From: Bacillota bacterium
Lineage (GTDB): Bacteria > Bacillota > Limnochordia > Darwinibacteriales > Darwinibacteriaceae
DNA length: 52,754 nt
Assembly (NCBI GenBank): GCA_012518645.1
Contig: JAAYRS010000107.1
Location: forward strand, 1-52,754
Direction: 5' to 3'
Shown here piece after piece: positions 16,804-26,780 of this stretch. Position 1 is the stretch's first letter. Each line of letters begins with the position of its first letter. A program made the position numbers and the translations under genes. The notes under the pieces were generated by a model, which saw only the letters and a program-made list of their open reading frames with translations, was not told the origin of the DNA and searched no databases.

Positions 16804-18011
16804 GATTTTTTAACCCCTCCCGCGCTAAAGTGCCGGGCCATTGCCTCCGGTTGAAAATCCACCATCACATTTAAAATAACCCTGGTCACCACAATGGCCG
16901 TAAACATACTGGTAAGAATACCAAGGCCCAGAGTGACCGCAAATCCGCGCACAGAGCCAGTCCCAATGTAAAAAAGCACTACAGCGGTAATTAAAGTTGT
17001 AATGTTAGAGTCTAAAATCGTTTTAAAAGCCCTGTTAAAACCCACATTAATCGCTGAGCGCAGCCTTTTGCCTTCTGTCAGCTCTTCCCGGATTCTTTCA
17101 AAGATCAGAATATTTGCATCCACTGCCATTCCCACTGAAAGAATGATCCCTGCAATCCCCGGAAGGGTTAAAACAGCATGAAAACCGGATAAAACGCCTA
17201 AAAGAATCACGGCATAGGCTAGTAACGCGAAATCCGCTACCAACCCCGGTAATTTATAATAAGCAAACATATAAACAAGGACTAAAATAATGCCCGCAAT
17301 TCCCGCTTTAAAACTGCGATTGATCGAATCCTGGCCCAAAATAGGCCCAACATTACGGATTTCCATAATCTCCATGGGGATTGGCAGAGAACCTTCCTGC
17401 AGCAAAACTACCATATGACGGGCTTCTTCGTGGGAAAACCCTCCGGTGATCTGGGCTTTTCCCTCCAGAATCGGTTCCCGGATCATGACTTCTTGCAAGA
17501 TCTCTCCGTCAAGCACAATCTTGGTCAACTGGCCTTGATAACGCGTGGTCAGTTGAGCAAAAAGGCGGACCCCCTCCCGATCAAATTCTAAATCGACGGC
17601 GGGCCGGCCGTAACGGTCTGTTCCCAATTGAACAGTTTTTAAATAAGAACCATCTAAAACCGTTTTACCATGCGGATCTTTAAATTCCAACAACGCCGTT
17701 TTGCCCACAGTATCGATTGCCTGCTGCTGATTATGGATACCGGGCAGTTCGATGATCATCCGTCGGCTCCCCTGGCGCTGAATTAAGGGTTCAGCCACAC
17801 CTAGAGCGTTGATTCGCCGTTCAATGATGGAAACAACCCCATTCATGTTCTCATCCGTAACGGGCCCGGCAGATTCGTCAGCTTCCAGGACTACATGCAC
17901 GCCGCCCTTCAGATCCAGACCAAGATTAAATGGGGTCAGAAATAAAAGGACGCCGGCGGCAATCAAGACAGCTAGTATAGCTCCTAATTTCCAGCCGCTT
18001 CCACGTCTCAA
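16800..18011 (-). CDS. secD: Protein translocase subunit SecD
   Basis: Carries the SecD motif LGLDLKGGVHVVLE and a C-terminal TM bundle. I set the start at the TTG at 18011, 7 nt after AAGGAGG. The ORF-track TTG at 18047 would sit at the predicted transcription start. Confidence 0.88.
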   Translation of the reverse strand: MRRGSGWKLGAILAVLIAAGVLLFLTPFNLGLDLKGGVHVVLEADESAGPVTDENMNGVVSIIERRINALGVAEPLIQRQGSRRMIIELPGIHNQQQAIDTVGKTALLEFKDPHGKTVLDGSYLKTVQLGTDRYGRPAVDLEFDREGVRLFAQLTTRYQGQLTKIVLDGEILQEVMIREPILEGKAQITGGFSHEEARHMVVLLQEGSLPIPMEIMEIRNVGPILGQDSINRSFKAGIAGIILVLVYMFAYYKLPGLVADFALLAYAVILLGVLSGFHAVLTLPGIAGIILSVGMAVDANILIFERIREELTEGKRLRSAINVGFNRAFKTILDSNITTLITAVVLFYIGTGSVRGFAVTLGLGILTSMFTAIVVTRVILNVMVDFQPEAMARHFSAGGVKKS

Positions 18012-18055
18012 ATGCGATTCCTCCTTTGTTAAATTCGTTTTACACAATCAAAATA

Positions 18056-18084
18056 ATTATACTATCCTCCCCGATCCCTGTCTA
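18056..18084 (-). promoter_or_regulatory. SigA-type promoter for secDF
   Basis: Minus strand reads TAGACA (18084..18079), a 17-nt spacer, then TATAAT (18061..18056). Confidence 0.45.
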
Positions 18085-18113
18085 GGGGAAAAACATTCGA
18101 GCCAATCCCCATT

Positions 18114-19016
18114 TTATAGAGTAATGAGGCTGGCTCCATCATTATTGATTTCAGTAATCATAATTCTGCTTTTCAAACCTTGGGCCCGAAAGGCCTCTTG
18201 CATGGCCTTTCCAATCCTTTCCTCATTTTTTTGAGCAAAGCCAACCACCCCCGGGCCGGCTCCGCTTAAGGCGGCCCCCAAGCCCCCATTTTGAACACAG
18301 GCATCGATTACTTCGGATAATGCAGGCACTAAAGCCTGACGGTACTTTTGATGTAATTTATCCTGACAAGCGAGATGGAGGTTAGAGTAATCCCCGGACA
18401 AAAAGCAATGGATCAAAAAAGCCAAGTGCCCTAAGTTAAAAACGGCATCCTCATAAGGCACTTGAGAGGGCAGGACTGAGCGGGATAAATCCGTTTTCAG
18501 GCTAAAATCCGGAATAACGGCTATCACTTTGGGCGGATTTTGGGGTTGGATTTTGCTATAAATGATCCTTTTTTCCTCTTTCTTGGAAATAACTAGCCCG
18601 CCGAATAACGCTGCGGCCGCGTTATCAGAATGACCTTCCATTTCGGCTGCTAGGAAGAGCAATTCGTCGGCCCGCAAAGGTTGCCCTAATAAAACATTAG
18701 CGGCAACCAACCCACCCACAATGGCAGCGGCACTGCTGCCTAAACCGGCTGCCAAAGGTATTTGGTTTCTTTGGACAATCCGTAAAGGAATAATCTCCCG
18801 TCCTGTTATTTCAAAGATCTTAGCGATGGCCAGCAGAGTAAGATTATCTAGTCCGCCCCGTAAAAAAGAGGCCCCTTCCCCTTCAAACTCAAAACTAGGA
18901 TGGCTGCAGTCCGTCTCGATTTGCAAGTAGTTAAAGATATTCAAGGCGAGCCCCAGCGTATCAAAACCCGGTCCTAAATTAGCTGTTGTTGCTGGGATCC
19001 TGACTTCTATCTTCAT
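18114..19016 (-). CDS. thrB: Homoserine kinase
   Basis: 300 aa with the GHMP kinase motif PLAAGLGSSAA and the N-terminal PATTANLGPGFD motif. Confidence 0.9.
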   Translation of the reverse strand: MKIEVRIPATTANLGPGFDTLGLALNIFNYLQIETDCSHPSFEFEGEGASFLRGGLDNLTLLAIAKIFEITGREIIPLRIVQRNQIPLAAGLGSSAAAIVGGLVAANVLLGQPLRADELLFLAAEMEGHSDNAAAALFGGLVISKKEEKRIIYSKIQPQNPPKVIAVIPDFSLKTDLSRSVLPSQVPYEDAVFNLGHLAFLIHCFLSGDYSNLHLACQDKLHQKYRQALVPALSEVIDACVQNGGLGAALSGAGPGVVGFAQKNEERIGKAMQEAFRAQGLKSRIMITEINNDGASLITL

Positions 19017-19030
19017 TTTAATCCGGCCCC

Positions 19031-20083
19031 CTAACCATCTATTACCGAGAGCAAACTCTTTAATTCCGCCGTCAGAACCCGCGGGCTTTTCCCTACAGAA
19101 ACGGCAGTATCAGGGTCTTTAAGGCCGTGACCGGTCAAGACACACACTACTTTGGATCCTGCAGGGAAATAATTGCGGCGGGCTAATTTGATTACTCCCG
19201 CCATTGAAGCGGCTGAACCCGGCTCGGCAAAGACCCCTTCTTCCCGGGCCAAAAGAGCATAAGCATCAAGGATTTCCTGATCCGACACGGCAGCAATCAA
19301 CCCGCCGCTTTCATCGCGGGCCTGTTCAGCCTGTTTCCAACTCGCCGGATTACCAATGCGAATTGCAGTGGCAATGGTCTCCGGCTCAGTAACAGCTTGT
19401 CCTAAGACAATGGGCGCCGCCCCTTCCGCTTGAAAACCGCAGAGAATGGGTAGTTTGCTGATTAGTTTGTTTTGGTAGTAGGTTTGAAACCCTTGCCAAT
19501 ACGCCGTGATATTCCCGGCATTGCCTACGGGAATACAAAGATAATCCGGAGAAGAGCCCAGCTGTTCACAGATTTCAAAGGCCGCCGTCTGCTGCCCCTC
19601 GATCCGGTGAGGATTAAGAGAGTTCACCAAAGTAAGGGGGTACTCGTCGGCAACCTGCTTGACTAGTTCCAAGGCAACATCAAAATTACCCTTCAAAGCT
19701 AAGACTTCTGCCCCGTAAGTAATGGCCTGCGCCAGTTTGCCCAGGGCAACGGCCTTCTCGGGTATTAGGACTAAACACCTGATTTTAGCTTTGGCGGCGT
19801 AAGCCGCGGCGGAAGCGGATGTGTTTCCGGTAGAAGCGCAAATGACCGCTTCACTGCCTGCCTCCAAGGCCTTGCTCACGGCAACAGTCATACCTCTGTC
19901 CTTAAAAGAACCGGTGGGATTTTGACCTTCATATTTTAAGTAAAGATCAACGTTAAGCCCCAGCCTTCGGCATAAATTATCCGCTTTTAAAAGCGGCGTA
20001 TTTCCTTCGTTTAAAGTAATGATCGGGGTCTTTGCGTTGATTGGTAAAAATTGTTTATAGCGATTGATTAGGCCCTGCCACAT
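19031..20083 (-). CDS. thrC: Threonine synthase
   Basis: PLP lysine motif NPTGSFKDRGM. The start is the ATG at 20083, giving MWQGLINRYKQFLP, which closely matches the B. subtilis ThrC N-terminus. The ORF-track TTG is 2 codons upstream. Confidence 0.9.
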   Translation of the reverse strand: MWQGLINRYKQFLPINAKTPIITLNEGNTPLLKADNLCRRLGLNVDLYLKYEGQNPTGSFKDRGMTVAVSKALEAGSEAVICASTGNTSASAAAYAAKAKIRCLVLIPEKAVALGKLAQAITYGAEVLALKGNFDVALELVKQVADEYPLTLVNSLNPHRIEGQQTAAFEICEQLGSSPDYLCIPVGNAGNITAYWQGFQTYYQNKLISKLPILCGFQAEGAAPIVLGQAVTEPETIATAIRIGNPASWKQAEQARDESGGLIAAVSDQEILDAYALLAREEGVFAEPGSAASMAGVIKLARRNYFPAGSKVVCVLTGHGLKDPDTAVSVGKSPRVLTAELKSLLSVIDG

Positions 20084-20089
20084 TTGCAA

Positions 20090-21403
20090 TTAACCCCTTT
20101 CCAAAACACGAATTACGTTGCTTACATTCCTGATACTGCCCAGTTTCTGAATGTTTTCTAAAGCAGCATAAAACCGCTCCTCTAAAGTTGTGTGTGTAAC
20201 TAAAACAATTTCAGCTACCCCTGCTTCCCTTTGGTTTTGAATGATTAGATCGAGGCTGACCCCTTCATTCCCTAACGCCGTAGCAACACTGCCAAACACT
20301 CCGCTTCTATCGATGGCCTTTAGCCTTAGATAAAACCGGGATTTTTGTTCCTTTATGGGGATTACGGGTTTAGCCTTATAAGTAGTCTCAATGCTTCCGC
20401 TTTTCACCTGGTATTTAATATTGCGCACCACCTCGATGATATCAGCCACAACAGCACTGGCAGTGGGCAAAGAACCTGCCCCCCGTCCGTAAAACATGAC
20501 CTCCCCCACAGCATCGCCGGTCACAAAGAGAGCATTAAACTCGTTGTGGACTGCGGCCAAGGGGTGATCCTCGGGAATTAAGGTAGGGTGTACTCTTAAA
20601 ACAAGCCCTTGGGGGGTTTCCTCCCCGATGGCTAACACTTTAAGCACAAACCCCAGCTGTTTGGCGTACATAATATCGCGCACACTGATCTCGCGGATGC
20701 TTTCGGTGTAAACTTCCTGAACATCCACAATACTGCTAAAGGCCAAAGAAGCCAGGATCGTCAGTTTGAAAGCGGCATCCCTACCGTCCAAATCCGAAGA
20801 AGGCTCCTGTTCGGCGAAACCTTGGGCCTGCGCTTCAGCCAAAGCCAAAGCAAAGTCTTTTTCTTCTAAAGTCATCTGAGTTAGGATATAATTTGTAGTT
20901 CCGTTGACAATTCCTAAAAGACTTTGGATTCTATTGGCAACCAAGCAGTTCTTTAAGGGGGAAATCAGTGGGATTCCCCCGCCCACACTTGCTTCGTAGT
21001 GAATGCTGCGCTCTTGTCTTTTAGCCAAAGCAAACAACTCCTGTCCGTGTTGGGCCAAAAGATCTTTATTAGCGGTAACCACATATTTACCGTTTTGCAG
21101 TGCCTTGGTGATACAACTTTTTGCGGTTGGAATTCCCCCCAAAACTTCAACTACAATATCTATGTCCGGATCGTCAACGATGTGAGAAGGATTGGTTGTA
21201 ATCTCCAACCCCTCCTTTTTGAACTGCTCCACCCCTGGGCGCTCTTTTAGGGCATCGCGCACCAGGGCCTTAGTAAAACGAAACTCCACCCCGGTCTTGC
21301 CCATTAAATCCACCCGATTATTTTGAACCAATTGCAGCACGCCCGTGCCCACCGTACCTAACCCCAACAAGCCCATCTTAATTACATGTTTTTGCGTATT
21401 CAT
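20090..21403 (-). CDS. hom: Homoserine dehydrogenase with C-terminal ACT domain
   Basis: NAD-binding motif GLLGLGTVG, catalytic region (VTANKDLLA...EASVGGGIP) and an ACT-like tail. The ATG at 21403 has GGGGG 8 nt upstream. The alternative ATG at 21418 has no SD. Confidence 0.88.
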   Translation of the reverse strand: MNTQKHVIKMGLLGLGTVGTGVLQLVQNNRVDLMGKTGVEFRFTKALVRDALKERPGVEQFKKEGLEITTNPSHIVDDPDIDIVVEVLGGIPTAKSCITKALQNGKYVVTANKDLLAQHGQELFALAKRQERSIHYEASVGGGIPLISPLKNCLVANRIQSLLGIVNGTTNYILTQMTLEEKDFALALAEAQAQGFAEQEPSSDLDGRDAAFKLTILASLAFSSIVDVQEVYTESIREISVRDIMYAKQLGFVLKVLAIGEETPQGLVLRVHPTLIPEDHPLAAVHNEFNALFVTGDAVGEVMFYGRGAGSLPTASAVVADIIEVVRNIKYQVKSGSIETTYKAKPVIPIKEQKSRFYLRLKAIDRSGVFGSVATALGNEGVSLDLIIQNQREAGVAEIVLVTHTTLEERFYAALENIQKLGSIRNVSNVIRVLERG

Positions 21404-21538
21404 ACCTTCTGCCCCCATGTTTTACTACTATTAGATTTGGATTGTTATAAGTATATCATATGATGCAAGGCCTGTCCTCACCCATTTTACGAATCGGAAC
21501 AGATCTAAAACAAGTCCGTTTCGCTCTTTCGGCCCGCT

Positions 21539-21964
21539 TCAAAGAGGCGTGCCGGGTGAAGAAGGCCCGGAGCTAAAATCGTTCCTGTTTTTTAAACTTT
21601 GGCTACTGGGATATATTCCCAAAAGCTCGAGTTCCTTTTGGACATAGGCGATAAGTTCAGCAGGGGTAAATTGATCGGTCTTAATAATCAAAGTAGAGTG
21701 CAGCCTGGCGTTTTTCAGCAGCGCTTGCTGCTGCCGGTAGCGCTCTTTTCCCCAAGAAATTGTTTTTCTGCGGCGAATAGTTTCGTACCTGCAGTCTAAA
21801 ACAATAAGAACATCGGGTTTAAGGCGCCGCCACAGCCTTCCGCTAACAGAATGCTCTTGAGCAAAACTGCGGGCGTTAAACCCCAATTCCCGCAAACCTT
21901 GAGAAAGGGTGGTTTTCCCGGAAGCACAGACACCAACGATGAGAATCAGTGGTGAGTTTTTCAA
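21539..21964 (-). CDS. Small P-loop NTPase / kinase-like protein, function unknown
   Basis: Walker A GVCASGKTT and Walker B-like VLIVLD. The likely start is the TTG at 21964, 8 nt after GAGG, giving MKNSPLILIVG. The ORF-track start at 21988 has no SD. Confidence 0.5.
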   Translation of the reverse strand: MKNSPLILIVGVCASGKTTLSQGLRELGFNARSFAQEHSVSGRLWRRLKPDVLIVLDCRYETIRRRKTISWGKERYRQQQALLKNARLHSTLIIKTDQFTPAELIAYVQKELELLGIYPSSQSLKNRNDFSSGPSSPGTPL

Positions 21965-21981
21965 TTTATCCACCTCACTGC

Positions 21982-22707
21982 TCAACAAGGATAAGACACT
22001 GAGATTCTCCTTATCCCCAGATCGCTTTGGCGGCCCGCAACTGCTAAAACCGCCACAACCATATCGTCTTGCGGTTTTCCCCCTTCTAAAGCCAGGGCAT
22101 AATCCAAAACATCATCTGCCAACGACTGCACGCTGGAAATAGAATTCCGCAGTTGATTGTAAACCCAAGAATATTTAAAAGTGTCAACTCCGCCATAACG
22201 CCCGGCCTGGGTGACTCCATCCGTAAAGCCCACTAAGATTGTCTCTTCTTCCAAATCCAAATGGGAAATAGCCGGCTTAATTAATCGCCGGATTCCGATG
22301 GGCTCCACCGGGGAATCCAAACTATAGGAACCGTCTTTCAAACCGATCAAGACCGGCGTGTTGGAATTACGTGAAATCACCAAACAATCGTGATCTAAAT
22401 CAGCAGTAAGGATCGTCGCTGTGGCAGAGACTTGCCCATCGCGGAAAGCATAAAGGTGATCATTGATTACCCTCATCACAGCGCCATCTCTAGCGCCGTC
22501 CTCGATTAGACCCGCGGCTTTGGTAGCAATCATGTGGCTCATGCGCTTCGCAGCCCGGCCGTGCCCTTGGCCGTCAATAATCACCACCGATATCCCGCCG
22601 TTAGGGCGTTCCACAACCTCGACAGAATCACCGCAGATAGACGTAGCGTATTTACCTACTTTAGCCACACCAACTTTGAGCTCCACAACAAACCCCTGCC
22701 TTTGCAA
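21982..22707 (-). CDS. Stand-alone PP2C/SpoIIE-family serine phosphatase (RsbX-like)
   Basis: 241 aa with PPM motifs ICGDS, DGQGHG, and TDG near the C-terminus. It resembles B. subtilis RsbX (SICGDS...ADGLGSG) and has no sensor domain. The TTG start immediately follows the TGA of the upstream ORF. Confidence 0.75.
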   Translation of the reverse strand: MQRQGFVVELKVGVAKVGKYATSICGDSVEVVERPNGGISVVIIDGQGHGRAAKRMSHMIATKAAGLIEDGARDGAVMRVINDHLYAFRDGQVSATATILTADLDHDCLVISRNSNTPVLIGLKDGSYSLDSPVEPIGIRRLIKPAISHLDLEEETILVGFTDGVTQAGRYGGVDTFKYSWVYNQLRNSISSVQSLADDVLDYALALEGGKPQDDMVVAVLAVAGRQSDLGIRRISVSYPC

Positions 22708-23244
22708 TCAGTTCCACTCCAGCCCGTTTACGGCCCGGAGCCAATATTCCCGAACATCCCCTTGATACTGGTCAGAATCGCAAAACATCGTTAAATAAAG
22801 GATATGCTCGTCCTTTTGAAAGAAAACAGAGCGGAGCATAACCCTCTTCCCTTGGGAGCCAGTTGCTTCATAAGCGTAAAAATAGGCTTTAAGGTTGTTG
22901 GAAGTGGTTATTTCCCGATCGGCAAGCAAAGCTACGTTTGTAACTAAAGGCCGGTAACGTTCTTCTAGACTGGCTCGGACAGCCTCGACATCTTTTCCCG
23001 GTTGGTAAATCACGTCCATAACAATGGTGCCGTTGGCAAAAGTCATTTCTAAAATTTCCATTCCAAAGATCGAACGCTGATTGTAATTTTCCGCAGTAGA
23101 TGGTATCACTGCGCTAAAGGCCGGCTCTTGAACCACATACCACCAATAGCTCGGATGATCGTGCAAGTAAAAGGTACCCGCCTGGACCGCCTGAAAACTT
23201 ATTAAAAAGAGAATAATCGCAACAAAAAAATTAATTTTACGCAT
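22708..23244 (-). CDS. Secreted hypothetical protein (signal peptide plus a ~155-aa domain of unknown function)
   Basis: The ATG at 23244 lies 6 nt after AGGGAAAGGGG. N-terminus MRKINFFVAIILFLISFQAVQA|G is a Sec signal with an AxA-like cleavage site and no lipobox Cys. I recognise no motif. Confidence 0.5.
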   Translation of the reverse strand: MRKINFFVAIILFLISFQAVQAGTFYLHDHPSYWWYVVQEPAFSAVIPSTAENYNQRSIFGMEILEMTFANGTIVMDVIYQPGKDVEAVRASLEERYRPLVTNVALLADREITTSNNLKAYFYAYEATGSQGKRVMLRSVFFQKDEHILYLTMFCDSDQYQGDVREYWLRAVNGLEWN

Positions 23245-23357
23245 GGCCATCCCCTTTCCCTGCAAATTGAAAACCACCTTAAACATGGTTTGACCACCAA
23301 CCGGAAGCAGTTAATAACGGCTCAGTGGTTTCCACCTTCGGTGGTTTTGCATTGAAA

Positions 23358-23645
23358 CTATTTAACTACGTGACTAATCCCGCTCCGGGACACTTTAATC
23401 TCCACTTTATCCGCTATTTTTACGGTTACGTAATCTTCTTTAAGAGCGAGCAGCTCCCCATAAATTCCTCCGACGGTAACCACCTGATCGCCTCTTTTTA
23501 AGGCATCCAACATCTCTTTCCTCTGCTTTTGCTGTTTTTGCTGTGGGCGCAGAAGCATAAAATAGAATACTATCGCCACAATTACAAAAGGAAGCAAGAG
23601 GCTTAAAAGTCCTTGGCCCGCTGGGACTTCGGCCTGTAAAAACAT
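23358..23645 (-). CDS. yajC: Preprotein translocase subunit YajC
   Basis: Single TM followed by the conserved LRPQQK...L..GD.V.T.GG..G motif. The start is the ATG at 23645, 8 nt after GGAGGGGG. Confidence 0.85.
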   Translation of the reverse strand: MFLQAEVPAGQGLLSLLLPFVIVAIVFYFMLLRPQQKQQKQRKEMLDALKRGDQVVTVGGIYGELLALKEDYVTVKIADKVEIKVSRSGISHVVK

Positions 23646-23714
23646 TACTTTCACCCCCTCCGTCACTAAACTGCCTTTAAGTGTGTTCTATTTCGGCTGT
23701 TAAGTTCCTTCATT

Positions 23715-24842
<1,128 letters not shown>

Positions 24843-25865
24843 TCACAGCAAAAGCATGGCATCACCAAAGCTAAAAAATCGGTAACGTTGTTCAACAGCA
24901 TACTTGTAGACGGCTTTAATCGTAGCTGTTCCGGCGAAAGCGGAAACAAGCATCAATAAACTGGAACGAGGAAGATGAAAGTTAGTCAAAAGAGCGTCTA
25001 CAGCTTTAAACTGGTAACCGGGATAAATAAAAAGTTTAGTCCAGCCGGAACCAGGCTGGACCATGCCCTGGGCATCAACTACTGTTTCTAAGACGCGGAC
25101 ACTGGTGGTGCCCACCGCAAAAATCCTACCTCCCGCTTTCTTTCGAGCGTTAATTATTTCGGCGCTGGTTTCCGGAAGGTAATAGAATTCTTCATGCATG
25201 ATATGTTCTTCCACGTTTTCCGCCCTAACCGGGCGAAAGGTACCCAACCCCACATGCAGGGTCAAGGCAGCTATGGCAGTCCCTTGTTTTTGAATTTGCT
25301 CCAAGAGCCCCGTCGTAAAATGGAGCCCGGCGGTGGGGGCTGCCGCCGAACCGGAATTTTTAGAGTAAACTGTCTGATAACGCTCAGGGTTATCCAGACG
25401 GCGATGAATATAAGGAGGCAGGGGTGTTTTTCCCAAAGTATTCAAAACTCGATAAAAATCCCCTCGGCATTTAAAATCAACTAAGCGGCCGCCGCTGGGA
25501 GTTATCTCTAAGACCCGGCATTGTAAATCTGGAGAAAAAACAATTTCCGCCCCCACACGAGCCCGCTTCCCCGGTTTAACCAGGACCTCCCAGCGTCCGT
25601 TCCCAAGGGGCCGTAACAGCAAAATTTCTACGGGGCCCGCCTGCCCCCTATTGCGGCCATAGAGGCGGGCCGGCAGCACCCTTGTGTCATTGAGCACCAA
25701 GACATCTTCGGGCCGGAGGTAGTCAATAATCCTAGTAAATACTTGATCTTGAAAAGAAAACGTGTTTTTCGAAACAACAATTAAGCGGGATTGATCCCTA
25801 AATTCGAGAGGGGTTTGAGCAATTAATTCTTCGGGCAGCGTAAAATCAAACTCATCTACTTTCAT
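24843..25865 (-). CDS. queA: S-adenosylmethionine:tRNA ribosyltransferase-isomerase
   Basis: 340 aa with the typical QueA N-terminus (FDFTLPEELIAQTP) and the TAGLHFT and VGTTSVR motifs. Its ATG overlaps the rsgI TGA (ATGA). Confidence 0.95.
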   Translation of the reverse strand: MKVDEFDFTLPEELIAQTPLEFRDQSRLIVVSKNTFSFQDQVFTRIIDYLRPEDVLVLNDTRVLPARLYGRNRGQAGPVEILLLRPLGNGRWEVLVKPGKRARVGAEIVFSPDLQCRVLEITPSGGRLVDFKCRGDFYRVLNTLGKTPLPPYIHRRLDNPERYQTVYSKNSGSAAAPTAGLHFTTGLLEQIQKQGTAIAALTLHVGLGTFRPVRAENVEEHIMHEEFYYLPETSAEIINARKKAGGRIFAVGTTSVRVLETVVDAQGMVQPGSGWTKLFIYPGYQFKAVDALLTNFHLPRSSLLMLVSAFAGTATIKAVYKYAVEQRYRFFSFGDAMLLL

Positions 25866-26764
25866 TCGTTAAATCGAAAATCTCCTTTCGCCTGAGCAAC
25901 CAGGGGAAAGCTGAGCTTATAAACACCAAAATTTTCGCCCGCTGCTTGGTTTTGTTGGGTCCATTGCCTTGGCGCCAAAGAACGCCGTGTCGGAGAAAGG
26001 CTGCTTACCGCGGATTTAGGTAATTCCAACGAGTCCTCATGCATGGTCAGCCTGGCCTCTAAACGCTGGGGAACCACCTTCTGAACCGGCATATTTATGG
26101 CCACGTAGCGGCTGGGCGTAATTCCGGCGGCTTTCGCCTCCCTTTGCAGCTCCAAAGGGACCTGCCAAATGCGGACTTCTGCCAGCTGAATACCTTTAAA
26201 AGCATCCGTAATCATGCTTTCTAATTCACCCAATTCCCCGCTGCGTTTGTCTTTTAATTCAGCAAGTGTCACCGGCCCATCTTGTTGGGAAGAGGCTATA
26301 GTGACCGTAACCTGATTTTGGGCAGTCTCTAGATAACCGGCTTCTTGAGCCCCAATGACAATCTGCCTTAGGGCTAAACTTAAGTCCTGGCCTACTAGTC
26401 CTAAACGGCCCAAGAGATCCCGGCCTTTATCGTTCAAGGCTTCGGCGGCTAAAACCCGATGTTCTTCGCTCAACCCAAGCTCTAAGCTGGAGTTAAGATC
26501 CACAGTCACAAAGAATTGCGGTTCTGCTTTGAAAAGAACCAGTTTTTTAGTAAATAAGGGCCAAGAACCCACGATAATGAAAAATAAAGCGGCGGCCAAG
26601 GCCATTTGCCAAGCCGTCAAGCGCTCCCTTTTAGGTGTAAATCGGATTTCCTGCCCCACATGAACATGTTTCTTGAACGGGACCTTAATAAATTCCCCTT
26701 GCGCCGTCATGATGATCACCTTGTTCCTGGGAGCAATCTCCACAACAACCCCCTTTTTTTTCAC
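25862..26764 (-). CDS. rsgI: Anti-sigma-I factor RsgI-family protein
   Basis: 300 aa. RsgI_N domain (KGVVVEI...VIIMTAQGEFIKV), one TM segment, and an extracytoplasmic region with the VDLNSSLELGL pattern seen in B. subtilis RsgI. Lies directly downstream of sigI. Confidence 0.8.
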   Translation of the reverse strand: MKKKGVVVEIAPRNKVIIMTAQGEFIKVPFKKHVHVGQEIRFTPKRERLTAWQMALAAALFFIIVGSWPLFTKKLVLFKAEPQFFVTVDLNSSLELGLSEEHRVLAAEALNDKGRDLLGRLGLVGQDLSLALRQIVIGAQEAGYLETAQNQVTVTIASSQQDGPVTLAELKDKRSGELGELESMITDAFKGIQLAEVRIWQVPLELQREAKAAGITPSRYVAINMPVQKVVPQRLEARLTMHEDSLELPKSAVSSLSPTRRSLAPRQWTQQNQAAGENFGVYKLSFPLVAQAKGDFRFNE

Positions 26765-26780
26765 AGAGGTCCCCTCCTTT

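Noticed and set aside
17809-18234. 141-aa plus-strand ORF spanning the secD 5' end, the secD promoter gap and the thrB 3' end
   Set aside because: It is antisense to two well-supported genes, has no SD and no recognisable motifs. The region is better explained by the secD promoter and RBS.
23331-23348. CCACC-TTCG-GGTGG followed by TTTT, which looks like a plus-strand intrinsic terminator
   Set aside because: No plus-strand gene lies upstream for it to terminate. On the minus strand it lacks a U-tract. I treated it as part of the repeat-rich leader rather than as a terminator feature.
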